A DNA stretch of 64,000 nucleotides, from positions 112 to 64,111 of the IMG/VR virus record IMGVR_UViG_3300023179_006747. One strand, given 5' to 3'. Both the position numbers and the translations under genes were made by a program. The notes under the pieces are model-generated. The model saw nothing but the letters and a program-made list of their open reading frames with translations. It was not told where the DNA came from and did no database searches. This DNA is from a virus. Lineage: Duplodnaviria; Caudoviricetes. This document shows positions 28,544-38,205 of the stretch, in pieces (the first letter of the stretch is position 1; each line of letters begins with the position of its first letter).

Positions 28544-28810
28544 GTGGTGACTAATAAAAAAAAATTCAACTTCCCAACATCTCTTTTAAAACAAATTGAT
28601 GAGTGCAGTTTTGGCGGATATATTCTTTTTAATTTTTCTAATAAAGGTGAACCTCAGGTATATACAAAATTCGATAATCAAATAAATGCTATGGCTTTAT
28701 TATATTATTTAAACACATGGGGACAAAGCATAGACCAACTTAATTTAGAAGCCACTACCGATTTAATAGCCAGAAAAAACGAAGACGAAGATTCAGAAGA
28801 AGAAGATTAA
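28544..28810 (+). CDS. Hypothetical protein with acidic tail
   Basis: 88-aa ORF preceded by GTGTAA at 28532-28537. Confidence 0.6.
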   Translation: MVTNKKKFNFPTSLLKQIDECSFGGYILFNFSNKGEPQVYTKFDNQINAMALLYYLNTWGQSIDQLNLEATTDLIARKNEDEDSEEED

Positions 28811-28851
28811 AACTTGACTTTTAATTTCTAGTTTGGTATCATATATAAAGG

Positions 28852-30336
28852 ATGATTTATTCTTTACAAGTAGAAAGACACGTATTAAGCGGTCTATTAA
28901 AACATCAAGATTTATTTGCAGATATTGATGTATTTTTAACAGAAAATGACTTCTATAATGATGTTCATTGTACTATTTATTCAATATTCAAAAATATCAA
29001 GCATAAGGGCGAAAATGTAGATAAAGTATTATTAGCCGAAAAGATTAAGAATCTTGGAATTTCATTTAAAGATGAAATTAATATATTTGATTACATTGAT
29101 AATTTAAGTTTTTCTCAAATTACCGAAGAAGCTACGATGACAGCTTGCAAAGAATTAATAAAATTAAGAGTCCGTAGAGAGATATCTCAAACAGCAGATA
29201 AATTAAAAGAATATGTAAATAAAAACTCAGAAGATTCTATGGATGAAATTATTGGTAAAATTGATCAAATTTATAATAAAAAAATATCATCATATTCAGA
29301 AAATGATGTTCCAATAAATATTTTTGAAGGAGTTGAGGATCTTATTGAAGAAATTGGCAATAGCCCTAAAGATGATACTGGATTAATAACTCCATATTCT
29401 GAATTTAATAGAATGTATGGTGGACTAAAAAATGGTAATATTTATGCAATTGCAAGTAGACCAGGTCAAGGTAAATCAACTTGGTTAAATGATATTTGTT
29501 TTAAAACTTCGATTAATCCAAAAAATAAAACCAAAACTCTTATTCTTGATACAGAAATGCAAACAGTAGATATTCAATTAAGAATGGTTGCGTCTTTAAG
29601 TGGAGTTCCAGTTTGGTATCTTGAAACTGGTAATTGGCGCAAAAATGAAGAAATGACAAAAAAAGTAAGAGAGGCTTGGAATAAAGTCAAGAAATATGAA
29701 TATTTTCATTATCATGTAGGAAATAAAAATATTGATCAAGTATGCTCTATTATTCGTAGATGGTATCTTTCTAAAGTCGGCAGAGGCAATCAAGCTATGA
29801 TTGCTTATGATTATATTAAACTAACTGGAGAAAAAGTAGGTCAAAATTGGGCAGAGCATCAAGCAATCGGAGACAAGATTGATAAATTGAAAAGAATCTC
29901 AGAAGAAATTCATTGTCCAATTATTACTGCTATGCAGTTAAATAGAACTGGCGAAAGTTTCAATCGAAAAGGTTCAGAAGTTGTTGATGATAGTTCTGTA
30001 ATTTCGCTTTCAGATAGATTACAATGGTTTGCATCATTTGTAGCAATTTTTAGAAGAAAAACACTAGATGAAATTACTCTTGATGGTCAAGCATTTGGAA
30101 CTCACAAGTTAATTCCTACCAAAACTAGATTCCAAGGAAAAGATGCAGCTGGTCACCAAGATTTAGTTAGAAGATTAGATTGTACTGGTAAAGAAATCTG
30201 GTCACAAAATTATTTAAATTATAATGTTCAAAACTTTAACATCGAAGAAAGAGGATCACTCGCAGATGTAGCAGAGCGTCAAAGAGAGCAATACGAACTT
30301 AATGATGCAAATGCAAATGATGGAGAACTATTATGA
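28852..30336 (+). CDS. dnaB: Replicative DnaB-like helicase
   Basis: ASRPGQGKST, LDTEM, YDYIKL and AMQLNR motifs; promoter TTGACT-N17-TATCAT at 28814-28842. Confidence 0.93.
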   Translation: MIYSLQVERHVLSGLLKHQDLFADIDVFLTENDFYNDVHCTIYSIFKNIKHKGENVDKVLLAEKIKNLGISFKDEINIFDYIDNLSFSQITEEATMTACKELIKLRVRREISQTADKLKEYVNKNSEDSMDEIIGKIDQIYNKKISSYSENDVPINIFEGVEDLIEEIGNSPKDDTGLITPYSEFNRMYGGLKNGNIYAIASRPGQGKSTWLNDICFKTSINPKNKTKTLILDTEMQTVDIQLRMVASLSGVPVWYLETGNWRKNEEMTKKVREAWNKVKKYEYFHYHVGNKNIDQVCSIIRRWYLSKVGRGNQAMIAYDYIKLTGEKVGQNWAEHQAIGDKIDKLKRISEEIHCPIITAMQLNRTGESFNRKGSEVVDDSSVISLSDRLQWFASFVAIFRRKTLDEITLDGQAFGTHKLIPTKTRFQGKDAAGHQDLVRRLDCTGKEIWSQNYLNYNVQNFNIEERGSLADVAERQREQYELNDANANDGELL

Positions 30337-30989
30337 ATGTAGACTTAGTATCAATTACAAAACCAGAAATCAAAGGAATTAAAAATCCAGAAGACTTAGT
30401 GGCATTTTGCGCTAGAGTTAGCAATCCATCTAATCAGATGAATGTTGAAACTGCACCAAAGTTATTAAAATTCTTAATTAAACATAAACATTGGAGTCCA
30501 TTTGAACTTGTTGATATGTGCGTTGAAATTAAAACAAGCAGAGGAATTGCAGCCCAAATTCTTAGACATAGATCATTTAGTTTTCAAGAATTTAGTCAAA
30601 GATATAGTGTCGCAAATGAGTTCGAAGATATTGAGCTTCGATTACAAGGAGATAAGAACAGACAAGTTGGTGAAATTCTTATGTCTACAAATACTGATGC
30701 ATATGATAAAGTAAATGAACTTCTAGTAGAATCACTATCGCTTTCTCAACATTGTTATGATACAATGATTGAAAATGGAGTTGCAAAAGAAGTTGCGAGA
30801 ATGATATTGCCTTTAACAACTCAAACTACAATGTATATGAAAGGCTCATTGAGAAGTTGGATTCACTACATTGAATTGAGAACAGAACAAAATACTCAAA
30901 AAGAACATAGAATGATTGCAGAAAGATGCAAGAAGATTTTTATTAAAGAATTTCCTACAATAAGTGAGGCTTTAGAATGGAAGAATTAA
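30333..30989 (+). CDS. thyX: Flavin-dependent thymidylate synthase
   Basis: HWSPFE, ThyX motif RHRSFSFQEFSQRY, EVARMILP and AQ/TQKEH motifs. Confidence 0.96.
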   Translation: MNVDLVSITKPEIKGIKNPEDLVAFCARVSNPSNQMNVETAPKLLKFLIKHKHWSPFELVDMCVEIKTSRGIAAQILRHRSFSFQEFSQRYSVANEFEDIELRLQGDKNRQVGEILMSTNTDAYDKVNELLVESLSLSQHCYDTMIENGVAKEVARMILPLTTQTTMYMKGSLRSWIHYIELRTEQNTQKEHRMIAERCKKIFIKEFPTISEALEWKN

Positions 30990-31882
30990 ATGTATACCAA
31001 ATCTTAACAGATCTTGGTTATCAATTAAAAGATTGTGGAAAAGAATTTAGAGCTAAACCTTTATATAGGGATAGCGATAATGATTCCGTATTAAGAATTT
31101 ATAAAGATACTGGTAAATGGGTAGATTTCAAGCAAAATATAAGTGGAGATATAAACTCATTAGTTAAATTAACACTAAAACTAGAACATTCAAGCGAAGC
31201 CCAAGAATGGCTTAAGAATAAAAATTTTGCATTTAAGAACCCTACTGAAGCCAAGAAACCACTTATAAAATCTTCTAAAAAATTTGATACAGAAATTCTT
31301 TCTAGATTAGATGATAATCATGCTTATTGGTTGAAAAGAGGAGTTGATATTGAGACATTAAAAGTTTTTAAAGGTGGAGTTGCAAAAATGGGCAAGATGA
31401 AGAATAGATATGTATTTCCTATTTTTAATGCCAAGAATAATATCATAGGATTTTCTGGAAGAGATATTACAAATTTATCCAAAATAAAGTGGAAACATAT
31501 TGGCGAAAAAACAGAGTTTGTTTATCCATTATTTATAAACTCAGAGATTATACAAAAGCAAAAAGAAATAATCCTAGTTGAAAGTATTGGAGATATGTTA
31601 AGTTTATGGCAATCTGGAGTTAAGAATACCCTTGTTACATTTGGAACTAGTTTAAGTTTAGCTATATTAAATTATTGTTTAAAACTTGATCCTAAAAAGA
31701 TATATATTAGTTTGAATAATGATTCAAACAAAAATAATGCTGGAAATATTGCAGCAGAAAAAACTCAAGTTAGATTGAGTAGATATTTTGATAAAAGTCA
31801 ATTAAAAATAGCCCTACCACCTAAAAAAGATTTTGGTGAGATGACAAAAGAAGAAATAATTCAATGGAAAAACAATCTTTAA
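30977..31882 (+). CDS. DnaG-like TOPRIM primase with a degenerate zinc domain
   Basis: RYVFPI, GFSGR, KWKH, LVESIGD and KDFGEM motifs. Confidence 0.8.
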   Translation: MEELNVYQILTDLGYQLKDCGKEFRAKPLYRDSDNDSVLRIYKDTGKWVDFKQNISGDINSLVKLTLKLEHSSEAQEWLKNKNFAFKNPTEAKKPLIKSSKKFDTEILSRLDDNHAYWLKRGVDIETLKVFKGGVAKMGKMKNRYVFPIFNAKNNIIGFSGRDITNLSKIKWKHIGEKTEFVYPLFINSEIIQKQKEIILVESIGDMLSLWQSGVKNTLVTFGTSLSLAILNYCLKLDPKKIYISLNNDSNKNNAGNIAAEKTQVRLSRYFDKSQLKIALPPKKDFGEMTKEEIIQWKNNL

Positions 31883-32829
31883 AAGTATTATCCGCCTCTA
31901 GAATTAAAACTCTTGAGACTTGTTCTTGGGTTTATTGGAACAACTATCATACCAAAATTCCACAATCTCAAAATGATGGAGCTTTAAGAGGAACAATTTG
32001 TCATACAATTTTTGAATTACTATTAAATAAAAGACATCTTAAAAATTATAAAAGAATAATAAAAAAGAATTCAATTGATGGTGATCAGGGAGTAAACAGA
32101 TTAGTTAAAAAGTTATCATCAAAAGTTAAACTAGACGAAAGTAATTATAAGTTATTAAACGATATGATTTTAGTTGGTCTTAAAAATGATTTCTTTGGAG
32201 AAGGTGGCGAAATAGTTAAGCCAGAGTATGATTTTGATATTAAAAATGATGAACCAAAATATCATATTCGTGGGTTTATAGATAAACCTATTAAAATCAA
32301 AAAAGAAATGCATATAATTGATTATAAAAGCTCTAAATATAAGTTTAGGGGAGATGACCTTGAAGCTAATATTCAAGCTATGATGTATAGTCTAGCAAGT
32401 AAAAAAATATGGCCTAAATTAAAACCAATAGTAAAATTCTTATTTCTTAGATTTCCAAAACAACCAATTCAAGAACTATCTTTTTCTGATGATGAAATTA
32501 AAGGATTTGAGCATTATCTTGAACATATTAATGATTATGTTAATAAATTTAATGAAGAATCTGCCAGATCAAACTTTGCAGTAGATAATGTTAAGAATAA
32601 ATGGATGTGCCAAGTTGGTGGATGGAAATGCCCATATAAAGATCCATATATATATTATGTTAAATTAAATGATAAGGGCGAAGTAATAGAAACTAGTCTA
32701 GAAGATAATTTTAAAGATATTAAAGGATTTAAAGTAGAAACTCGAAAATATGAAGGATGCCCTAAGTTTCAAACTACTTCGGCTAAAGATGATTTTCTAG
32801 ATGATTCAAAAGACGAATTTTTAGATTGA
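31864..32829 (+). CDS. PD-(D/E)XK exonuclease (Cas4/RecB/AddB-like)
   Basis: LSASRI..LETC, GTICH, RGFID, IIDYKS and Q..MY motifs; three C-terminal Cys (possible Fe-S staple). Confidence 0.85.
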   Translation: MEKQSLKVLSASRIKTLETCSWVYWNNYHTKIPQSQNDGALRGTICHTIFELLLNKRHLKNYKRIIKKNSIDGDQGVNRLVKKLSSKVKLDESNYKLLNDMILVGLKNDFFGEGGEIVKPEYDFDIKNDEPKYHIRGFIDKPIKIKKEMHIIDYKSSKYKFRGDDLEANIQAMMYSLASKKIWPKLKPIVKFLFLRFPKQPIQELSFSDDEIKGFEHYLEHINDYVNKFNEESARSNFAVDNVKNKWMCQVGGWKCPYKDPYIYYVKLNDKGEVIETSLEDNFKDIKGFKVETRKYEGCPKFQTTSAKDDFLDDSKDEFLD

Positions 32830-32861
32830 TATATTTATAAACTCTTGTTATATTGGTAAAA

Positions 32862-33608
32862 ATGATACCTTTATTTAAATCTCATTATTCTTTAGGAAGA
32901 TCAATTCTTACTTTAGAAGATAAGTCTGAAAGAGATGAGTATCCAGATTCTATCATTCAAATAGCTAAACAAAATAAATTAAAAGAGATATTCCTAGTAG
33001 AAGATAATATGTCTTCATTTCTTGAAGCTTATACAAACTGCAAGAATAATGATATTAAATTAAATTATGGATTAAGAATTTCAGTTACAGAGTCAATGAG
33101 TGATAAAACTGATGAATCAAGATCTAAAAACTCAAAATTTATACTTTTCTTTAAAAATAAAAAGGGTTACGAATCTTTAACAAAACTATTTAGTATTGGT
33201 GCAAAAGATGGCTTTTATTATGAACCTAGACTAGATTATACTACAATAAACAATAACTGGTCGGATGATTTAATTATGGGTATTCCATTCTATGATTCTT
33301 TTATATTTAATAATACTTTAAAAAACAGTATATGTGTTCCTCAAATAGATTTTACAAAACCAGTAGTGTTTATTGAACAAAATGAATTACCTTTTGATTT
33401 TATTATTAAAGATAAAATGTTATCATTTGCAGAAAAGAATAAACTAGAAGTTTTTAATGCAAAAAGTATTTACTATACTGATAAAAAAGATTTTAAAACA
33501 TACTTAACATTCAGATGTATCAACAACAGAAGCGTTTTGAATAAACCAGACATTGAGCATATGAGTAGCAATGAGTTTTGTTTTGAAAGTTGGAAAAATA
33601 ATAAATAA
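32862..33608 (+). CDS. Stand-alone PHP domain of DNA polymerase III alpha
   Basis: PLFKSHYSLGRSIL, YGLRI, KNKKGYESL and FYYEPRLD motifs. ATG at 32862 lies 7 nt after TTGATA-N17-TATATT. Confidence 0.85.
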   Translation: MIPLFKSHYSLGRSILTLEDKSERDEYPDSIIQIAKQNKLKEIFLVEDNMSSFLEAYTNCKNNDIKLNYGLRISVTESMSDKTDESRSKNSKFILFFKNKKGYESLTKLFSIGAKDGFYYEPRLDYTTINNNWSDDLIMGIPFYDSFIFNNTLKNSICVPQIDFTKPVVFIEQNELPFDFIIKDKMLSFAEKNKLEVFNAKSIYYTDKKDFKTYLTFRCINNRSVLNKPDIEHMSSNEFCFESWKNNK

Positions 33609-33609
33609 T

Positions 33610-34188
33610 ATGAAAACTCAAGATCCAGAAGTAATAGTTAATCAATACGGCAATAAAGCAAGACAAATACAAAGTAGAGAGGATAGGTCATATGATTATA
33701 AAAATATGCTTTATGATGAAGATAGTTTATATTCAATTGATGTAGATTTAATTTGCATAAAATATGAAAGACCTAAAATACCAACTATTGTAGCTGGACT
33801 TGAACTTACTTTAATAAATAATTATCAATCAAGATATGACATTGAAATTATAGATGACCAAGAATGGAAAACTACTGTTGAATGTAGACCGCATCCTAAT
33901 TTTTTTAAATCAATTATGACGCGATACAGAAATCAAGGACAAGGTAATTTAAGCGTATTTATCATAAGTAAGCATAATGCGCCATCTGTTATTGTCGCAT
34001 TTTCTAAAGATTTAATGCATTTTTATCTTTATAATTTGACTAAAGATAATAATAAATGGTTTTATCAAAACAAACCAGCCCACTTAATATGGCATTATAA
34101 AATAAGAAATCAAAAAATTCCAGATGATTTTTATAAAAGACATAAAATCTTGAATACCGAACAAGAATCGTTTATAATCAATACATAA
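33610..34188 (+). CDS. Hypothetical protein, possibly PD-(D/E)XK-like
   Basis: IDVDLI...VAGLELT pattern; inserted between the PHP and exonuclease genes. Confidence 0.55.
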   Translation: MKTQDPEVIVNQYGNKARQIQSREDRSYDYKNMLYDEDSLYSIDVDLICIKYERPKIPTIVAGLELTLINNYQSRYDIEIIDDQEWKTTVECRPHPNFFKSIMTRYRNQGQGNLSVFIISKHNAPSVIVAFSKDLMHFYLYNLTKDNNKWFYQNKPAHLIWHYKIRNQKIPDDFYKRHKILNTEQESFIINT

Positions 34189-34189
34189 T

Positions 34190-34828
34190 ATGGACGAGCA
34201 TCTTTTAAGATATGATAAGAATAAGACTTTGGTTTTTATAGATTGTGAAACATTCAATCTTTGTTTAAACTTTTGTCATAATCTTCCTTGGCAAATTGCT
34301 ATGCTTAAAGTTCAAGGCGACAAAAAAATTGATCAAAAGAATTTTTATTTAAAATGGCAAACAGATTTAAAAATCAGTCAAGACGCAGCCAGAATTACCA
34401 GATATGATCATAAGAAAGTTCAAAAAGAAGGTTATGACCCAAAAGAGATATTTCCAACTATTAAAGATTGGTTAGATCACGCAGATTACATCGTTGGTCA
34501 CAATACTCTTGGATTTGACATCTATCTCATAAAAGAGTATTATAAATACATGGGTTGTAATTGGCATCACCTTGTAAATAAATTTATTGACACAAACGCA
34601 ATTGCTAGAGGAATAAAATATGAAATGCCTTATTCTTCAAAAGATAATTTAATTGAATATCAATATAAAATTCTTCATACTAGAAAAAAGAATATTAAAA
34701 GTTCTTTAACTTTCTTAGGTAAAGAAAATGGAATAGAACATGACTACGAAAAACTTCATGATGCTATTAATGATCTTGACTTGAATTTAAAAGTATGGAA
34801 TAAATTAAAGTGGCAATTAGAGGTATAA
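34190..34828 (+). CDS. dnaQ: DEDDh 3'-5' proofreading exonuclease (DnaQ/epsilon-like)
   Basis: ExoI FIDCET, ExoII GHNTLGFD and ExoIII LHDAINDL motifs. Confidence 0.9.
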   Translation: MDEHLLRYDKNKTLVFIDCETFNLCLNFCHNLPWQIAMLKVQGDKKIDQKNFYLKWQTDLKISQDAARITRYDHKKVQKEGYDPKEIFPTIKDWLDHADYIVGHNTLGFDIYLIKEYYKYMGCNWHHLVNKFIDTNAIARGIKYEMPYSSKDNLIEYQYKILHTRKKNIKSSLTFLGKENGIEHDYEKLHDAINDLDLNLKVWNKLKWQLEV

Positions 34829-34829
34829 C

Positions 34830-35054
34830 ATGGCATCATTAGACGATATTTATGATATAATTCAAAAACTAGAAGATAGTGGAATAGAATATTTACTTAT
34901 AACTGTTCAAAAAGGCAAGAAACAAGGTAAAGCAGATGTATTTTTTAGTTTAAAAGATAAAGCATCTATGAAAATATTAGCAACTGGATTAGAAGCTTTT
35001 AATAAAGAAATAGATAATATTGATAGACTAGATGAAGATAAAGATTATGAGTAA
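34830..35054 (+). CDS. Hypothetical protein
   Basis: 74-aa ORF tightly packed within the operon. Confidence 0.6.
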   Translation: MASLDDIYDIIQKLEDSGIEYLLITVQKGKKQGKADVFFSLKDKASMKILATGLEAFNKEIDNIDRLDEDKDYE

Positions 35055-37629
35055 TATTTTAAAAGACGAAGTATTTTCTAGTAAGTTTACAACCACAGAC
35101 CTTGGACTACATGGAGTTAGACTTCCAGAATTTAATATTGACTTATCTTTAAAAAGACATCTTAATATTAGTGAAGATGTTTCTAATTATGATTTTCTCA
35201 GAGCATTAGCATTAAATGGTTTTAAAGATCTAAAAATAGAAAAAGATAATAAAGACTATAAGAAATATATTGATAGAGCAAAATACGAACTAGAAACATT
35301 AAAAGAATTAGGATTTATAGATTATATCTTATTAGTATGGGATGTTATTAATTTTTGTAAAACAAATAATATACCAGTTGGGTTAGGTAGAGGTTCAGCT
35401 GCTGGCTCACTTATTCTTTATCTAATTGGCGTAACTAGAATTGATCCAGTTAAATATGATCTTTATTTCGAAAGATTTATATCCAAGATTCGAGCCAAAA
35501 AGCAAGTTATTAATGGAATAACATATCTTGATGGGAGTTTGATGTGTGATGTTGATTTAGATATTTGTTATTATAATCGTCAAAAAGTATTACAATATTT
35601 AGAATCTAAATTTAAAGGTAAAACTAGTAAGATCTTAACTCTTAATACTTTGAGCGGAAAATTGTTAATTAAAGAATGCGGTAAAATTATTGGAGAAAAG
35701 ACAGAAGAAGAAATGACCAATATATCCTCTTTAATTCCAAAGGTATTTGGTCAAGTTAAAGATATTAATACTGCATACGAAGAAGTATCAAAATTTAAAG
35801 AATGGTGTGATGAAAACAAAGAAACATTTCAAATCGCTTTAAAGCTAAGGGATCTTATTAAAAATAAAGGAGTTCATCCATCTGGAGTTCTTCTTTCTTA
35901 TTATGATCTAGAAACAGTATGTCCGACAGAATTTTCTTCTGATAAAGAACCAGTTTCAAGTTTTGATATGAATTGGGTTAGTTTATTTAATATTAAACTT
36001 GATATCTTGGGATTAAGAAGCGTTTCAGTAGTAGATGATGTTTGTAAAAATATTGGAATCAAAGTTCAAGATATTGATTTAAATCATGAATCTATCTATA
36101 GAAATTTACAAGATTTAAAATGTCCTCATGGTTTGTTTCAAATCGAAGCAGAAACCAATTTTAGAGTTTGTCAAAAAGTAAAACCAAAAAATCTAGAAGA
36201 ACTTAGTGGAGTATTAGCTCTAGCAAGACCTGGAGCATTACAATTCGTAGATAAATACGCTGGTCATACAAATTATCAGCAATCAGAAAGTATTCATCCA
36301 TTTTTTGATGATATTCTGAAACAAACTGGTGGAGTAGCATTGTATCAAGAGCAATTGATGAAAATGGCTAATAAGATTGGATTTACTTTGGACGAAGCAG
36401 AAATCTTAAGAAGAATCGTAGGTAAAAAGAAAACCGAAGAGATCAAAACTTGGAAAAAAAAGATTGAATCAAAGATCAAAGAGAATAAAATACCAAAAGA
36501 GGTAGGAGAAATTCTATGGAAGATTCTAGAAGATTCTGCGAATTACTCATTTAATAAGAGTCATTCACTTGCTTATGCGGCTTTAGCAGCAGTTACAATT
36601 TATTTAAAATTTAATTATTCTCAACAATTCTTTTTATCTTTATTGAAAATGAGCAGAAATGAACCAGATCCAATTGGTGAAATTTCTAAGATTCAAAAAG
36701 AAATGCATGAGTTTGATATTAAACTTCTTCCCCCACATATTATTAAATCAGAAATGGATTTTTCTACAGAAGATAAGGACATTAGATTCGGATTATTATC
36801 AATCAAAGGTATAAGTGATAAATCTATTGAAAAACTAAATAGTTTTAGAAATAAGTATTCTAATAAGTTTGAGATTTTCCAAGCAGCAGAAGAAGCTGAT
36901 CTTAATATTGGAGTATTATCTTCTTTAATTCAAGCAGGAGCATTGAGTGGTTTTAATCAATCTAGAAGTAAAATTGTATTAGAAGCCCAATTATGGAATA
37001 TTCTAACTGCTAAAGAAAAGAAATATTCAATTTCATTTGCAGATAAGTTTGATTACGATTTAATTAAAATTATTAAACATCTTAATAAATTTACTGATGA
37101 AAAGAATCATTTAGTTATTAAAGATACAAGATTAAATACTATTAAAGCAAAATATGCGCCATATCTTGAAATCTATAATCAGAATAGTAAAAGTGAAAGT
37201 TTTGCTAATTGGTATTATGAAAAGAGACTTTTGGGATATACATATAATAAAAATCTAAGAGATATCTTCTCTGAGAAGAGAGAAAATCTTAAATATATTA
37301 GCGATATTATAGATGAACCAGTTAATAACAAAGTAGCATTTGTTGGTCAAATAGAAGAAGTATATACTGGCGTATCAAAAAATGAAAAGAAAACAAGATA
37401 TGTAAGATTAAAAATATCTGACGAAACCAGTTCAATAAGCGTACTAATATTCAATGATAATATTGAAAATAACAAATTATTAAATAATAAAGCTTTTGAA
37501 GAAGGAAATATTGTTATCGCCAAAGGATCAAAGAGAGATGATTGTATATTTGGAGACTTGATTGCCATTCAAGATCATCAAATTTATATGAAATTAAATG
37601 ACTTAAAAAAGATAGATAAAAATAATTGA
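35047..37629 (+). CDS. dnaE: DNA polymerase III alpha catalytic subunit lacking its PHP domain
   Basis: GLGRGSAAGS, FERF, CDVDLD, GVHPSG, KLDILGL, YQEQ, YSFNKSH, IRFGL..IKG motifs and a C-terminal OB fold. Confidence 0.95.
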   Translation: MSNILKDEVFSSKFTTTDLGLHGVRLPEFNIDLSLKRHLNISEDVSNYDFLRALALNGFKDLKIEKDNKDYKKYIDRAKYELETLKELGFIDYILLVWDVINFCKTNNIPVGLGRGSAAGSLILYLIGVTRIDPVKYDLYFERFISKIRAKKQVINGITYLDGSLMCDVDLDICYYNRQKVLQYLESKFKGKTSKILTLNTLSGKLLIKECGKIIGEKTEEEMTNISSLIPKVFGQVKDINTAYEEVSKFKEWCDENKETFQIALKLRDLIKNKGVHPSGVLLSYYDLETVCPTEFSSDKEPVSSFDMNWVSLFNIKLDILGLRSVSVVDDVCKNIGIKVQDIDLNHESIYRNLQDLKCPHGLFQIEAETNFRVCQKVKPKNLEELSGVLALARPGALQFVDKYAGHTNYQQSESIHPFFDDILKQTGGVALYQEQLMKMANKIGFTLDEAEILRRIVGKKKTEEIKTWKKKIESKIKENKIPKEVGEILWKILEDSANYSFNKSHSLAYAALAAVTIYLKFNYSQQFFLSLLKMSRNEPDPIGEISKIQKEMHEFDIKLLPPHIIKSEMDFSTEDKDIRFGLLSIKGISDKSIEKLNSFRNKYSNKFEIFQAAEEADLNIGVLSSLIQAGALSGFNQSRSKIVLEAQLWNILTAKEKKYSISFADKFDYDLIKIIKHLNKFTDEKNHLVIKDTRLNTIKAKYAPYLEIYNQNSKSESFANWYYEKRLLGYTYNKNLRDIFSEKRENLKYISDIIDEPVNNKVAFVGQIEEVYTGVSKNEKKTRYVRLKISDETSSISVLIFNDNIENNKLLNNKAFEEGNIVIAKGSKRDDCIFGDLIAIQDHQIYMKLNDLKKIDKNN

Positions 37630-37662
37630 CATTTTTAAATATAAGTAGTAACATATATTAAT

Positions 37663-38205
37663 ATGATATCATTTTATAAACCAAATAGTAAAAATACAGG
37701 AACAGCTTGTAGTTTCAGCGTAAATTCAAAAGATAATTCTGTCTGGGGATCATTAATCAAGCAAAGTTCTTGGAATGATGCAAAAAAGATTGGGTCTTTT
37801 TCAGAAAATCAAAATAATCCTAATAAAAGTGTTAAAGTCAAGTTTTCTCTCACAGAAGCAGCTGGACTTCTTGACGCTTTAGAAAGAAATGTAGAATTTT
37901 CAGCATATCATACTTCTGAAAAACAAATAACAAAAATTAAACTAGCCCCTTATATTAGAGATGAAAAGCAAGTTGGTTTTTCATATAGCGTTAATAAAGA
38001 AGATAAACAAAATTTGGAAAACAAACAATCATATTTGATTGGGTTTTATTTTAATGAAGCAAGACTATTAAAAGAATTTTTGACTTATTCTTTAAATTCT
38101 GTTTTTGAAGCCCAACGAATTGAAGCTATAAAGAAAGCGAAAAATTCGACAAAAGAAACCAAGGAAATTAGCGAAAGTAATCAAGAAGATAGCGAACTCT
38201 GGTAA
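37663..38205 (+). CDS. Putative ssDNA-binding protein (Whirly/PC4-like fold)
   Basis: FYK..., KFSLTEAAGLL and duplicated beta-beta-beta-alpha pattern; acidic tail ending EDSELW; follows the polymerase gene. Confidence 0.5.
   Translation: MISFYKPNSKNTGTACSFSVNSKDNSVWGSLIKQSSWNDAKKIGSFSENQNNPNKSVKVKFSLTEAAGLLDALERNVEFSAYHTSEKQITKIKLAPYIRDEKQVGFSYSVNKEDKQNLENKQSYLIGFYFNEARLLKEFLTYSLNSVFEAQRIEAIKKAKNSTKETKEISESNQEDSELW

Noticed and set aside
31864-32829. Cas4-like nuclease as evidence of a CRISPR-Cas system
   Set aside because: No repeat-spacer array or other cas genes were seen. Solo Cas4-like nucleases are common in phage replication modules.
26973-37629. Inteins or introns in recA, dnaB, thyX or dnaE
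   Set aside because: Proteins are of normal length with contiguous motifs. No C/S...HN splice junctions or LAGLIDADG blocks were seen.
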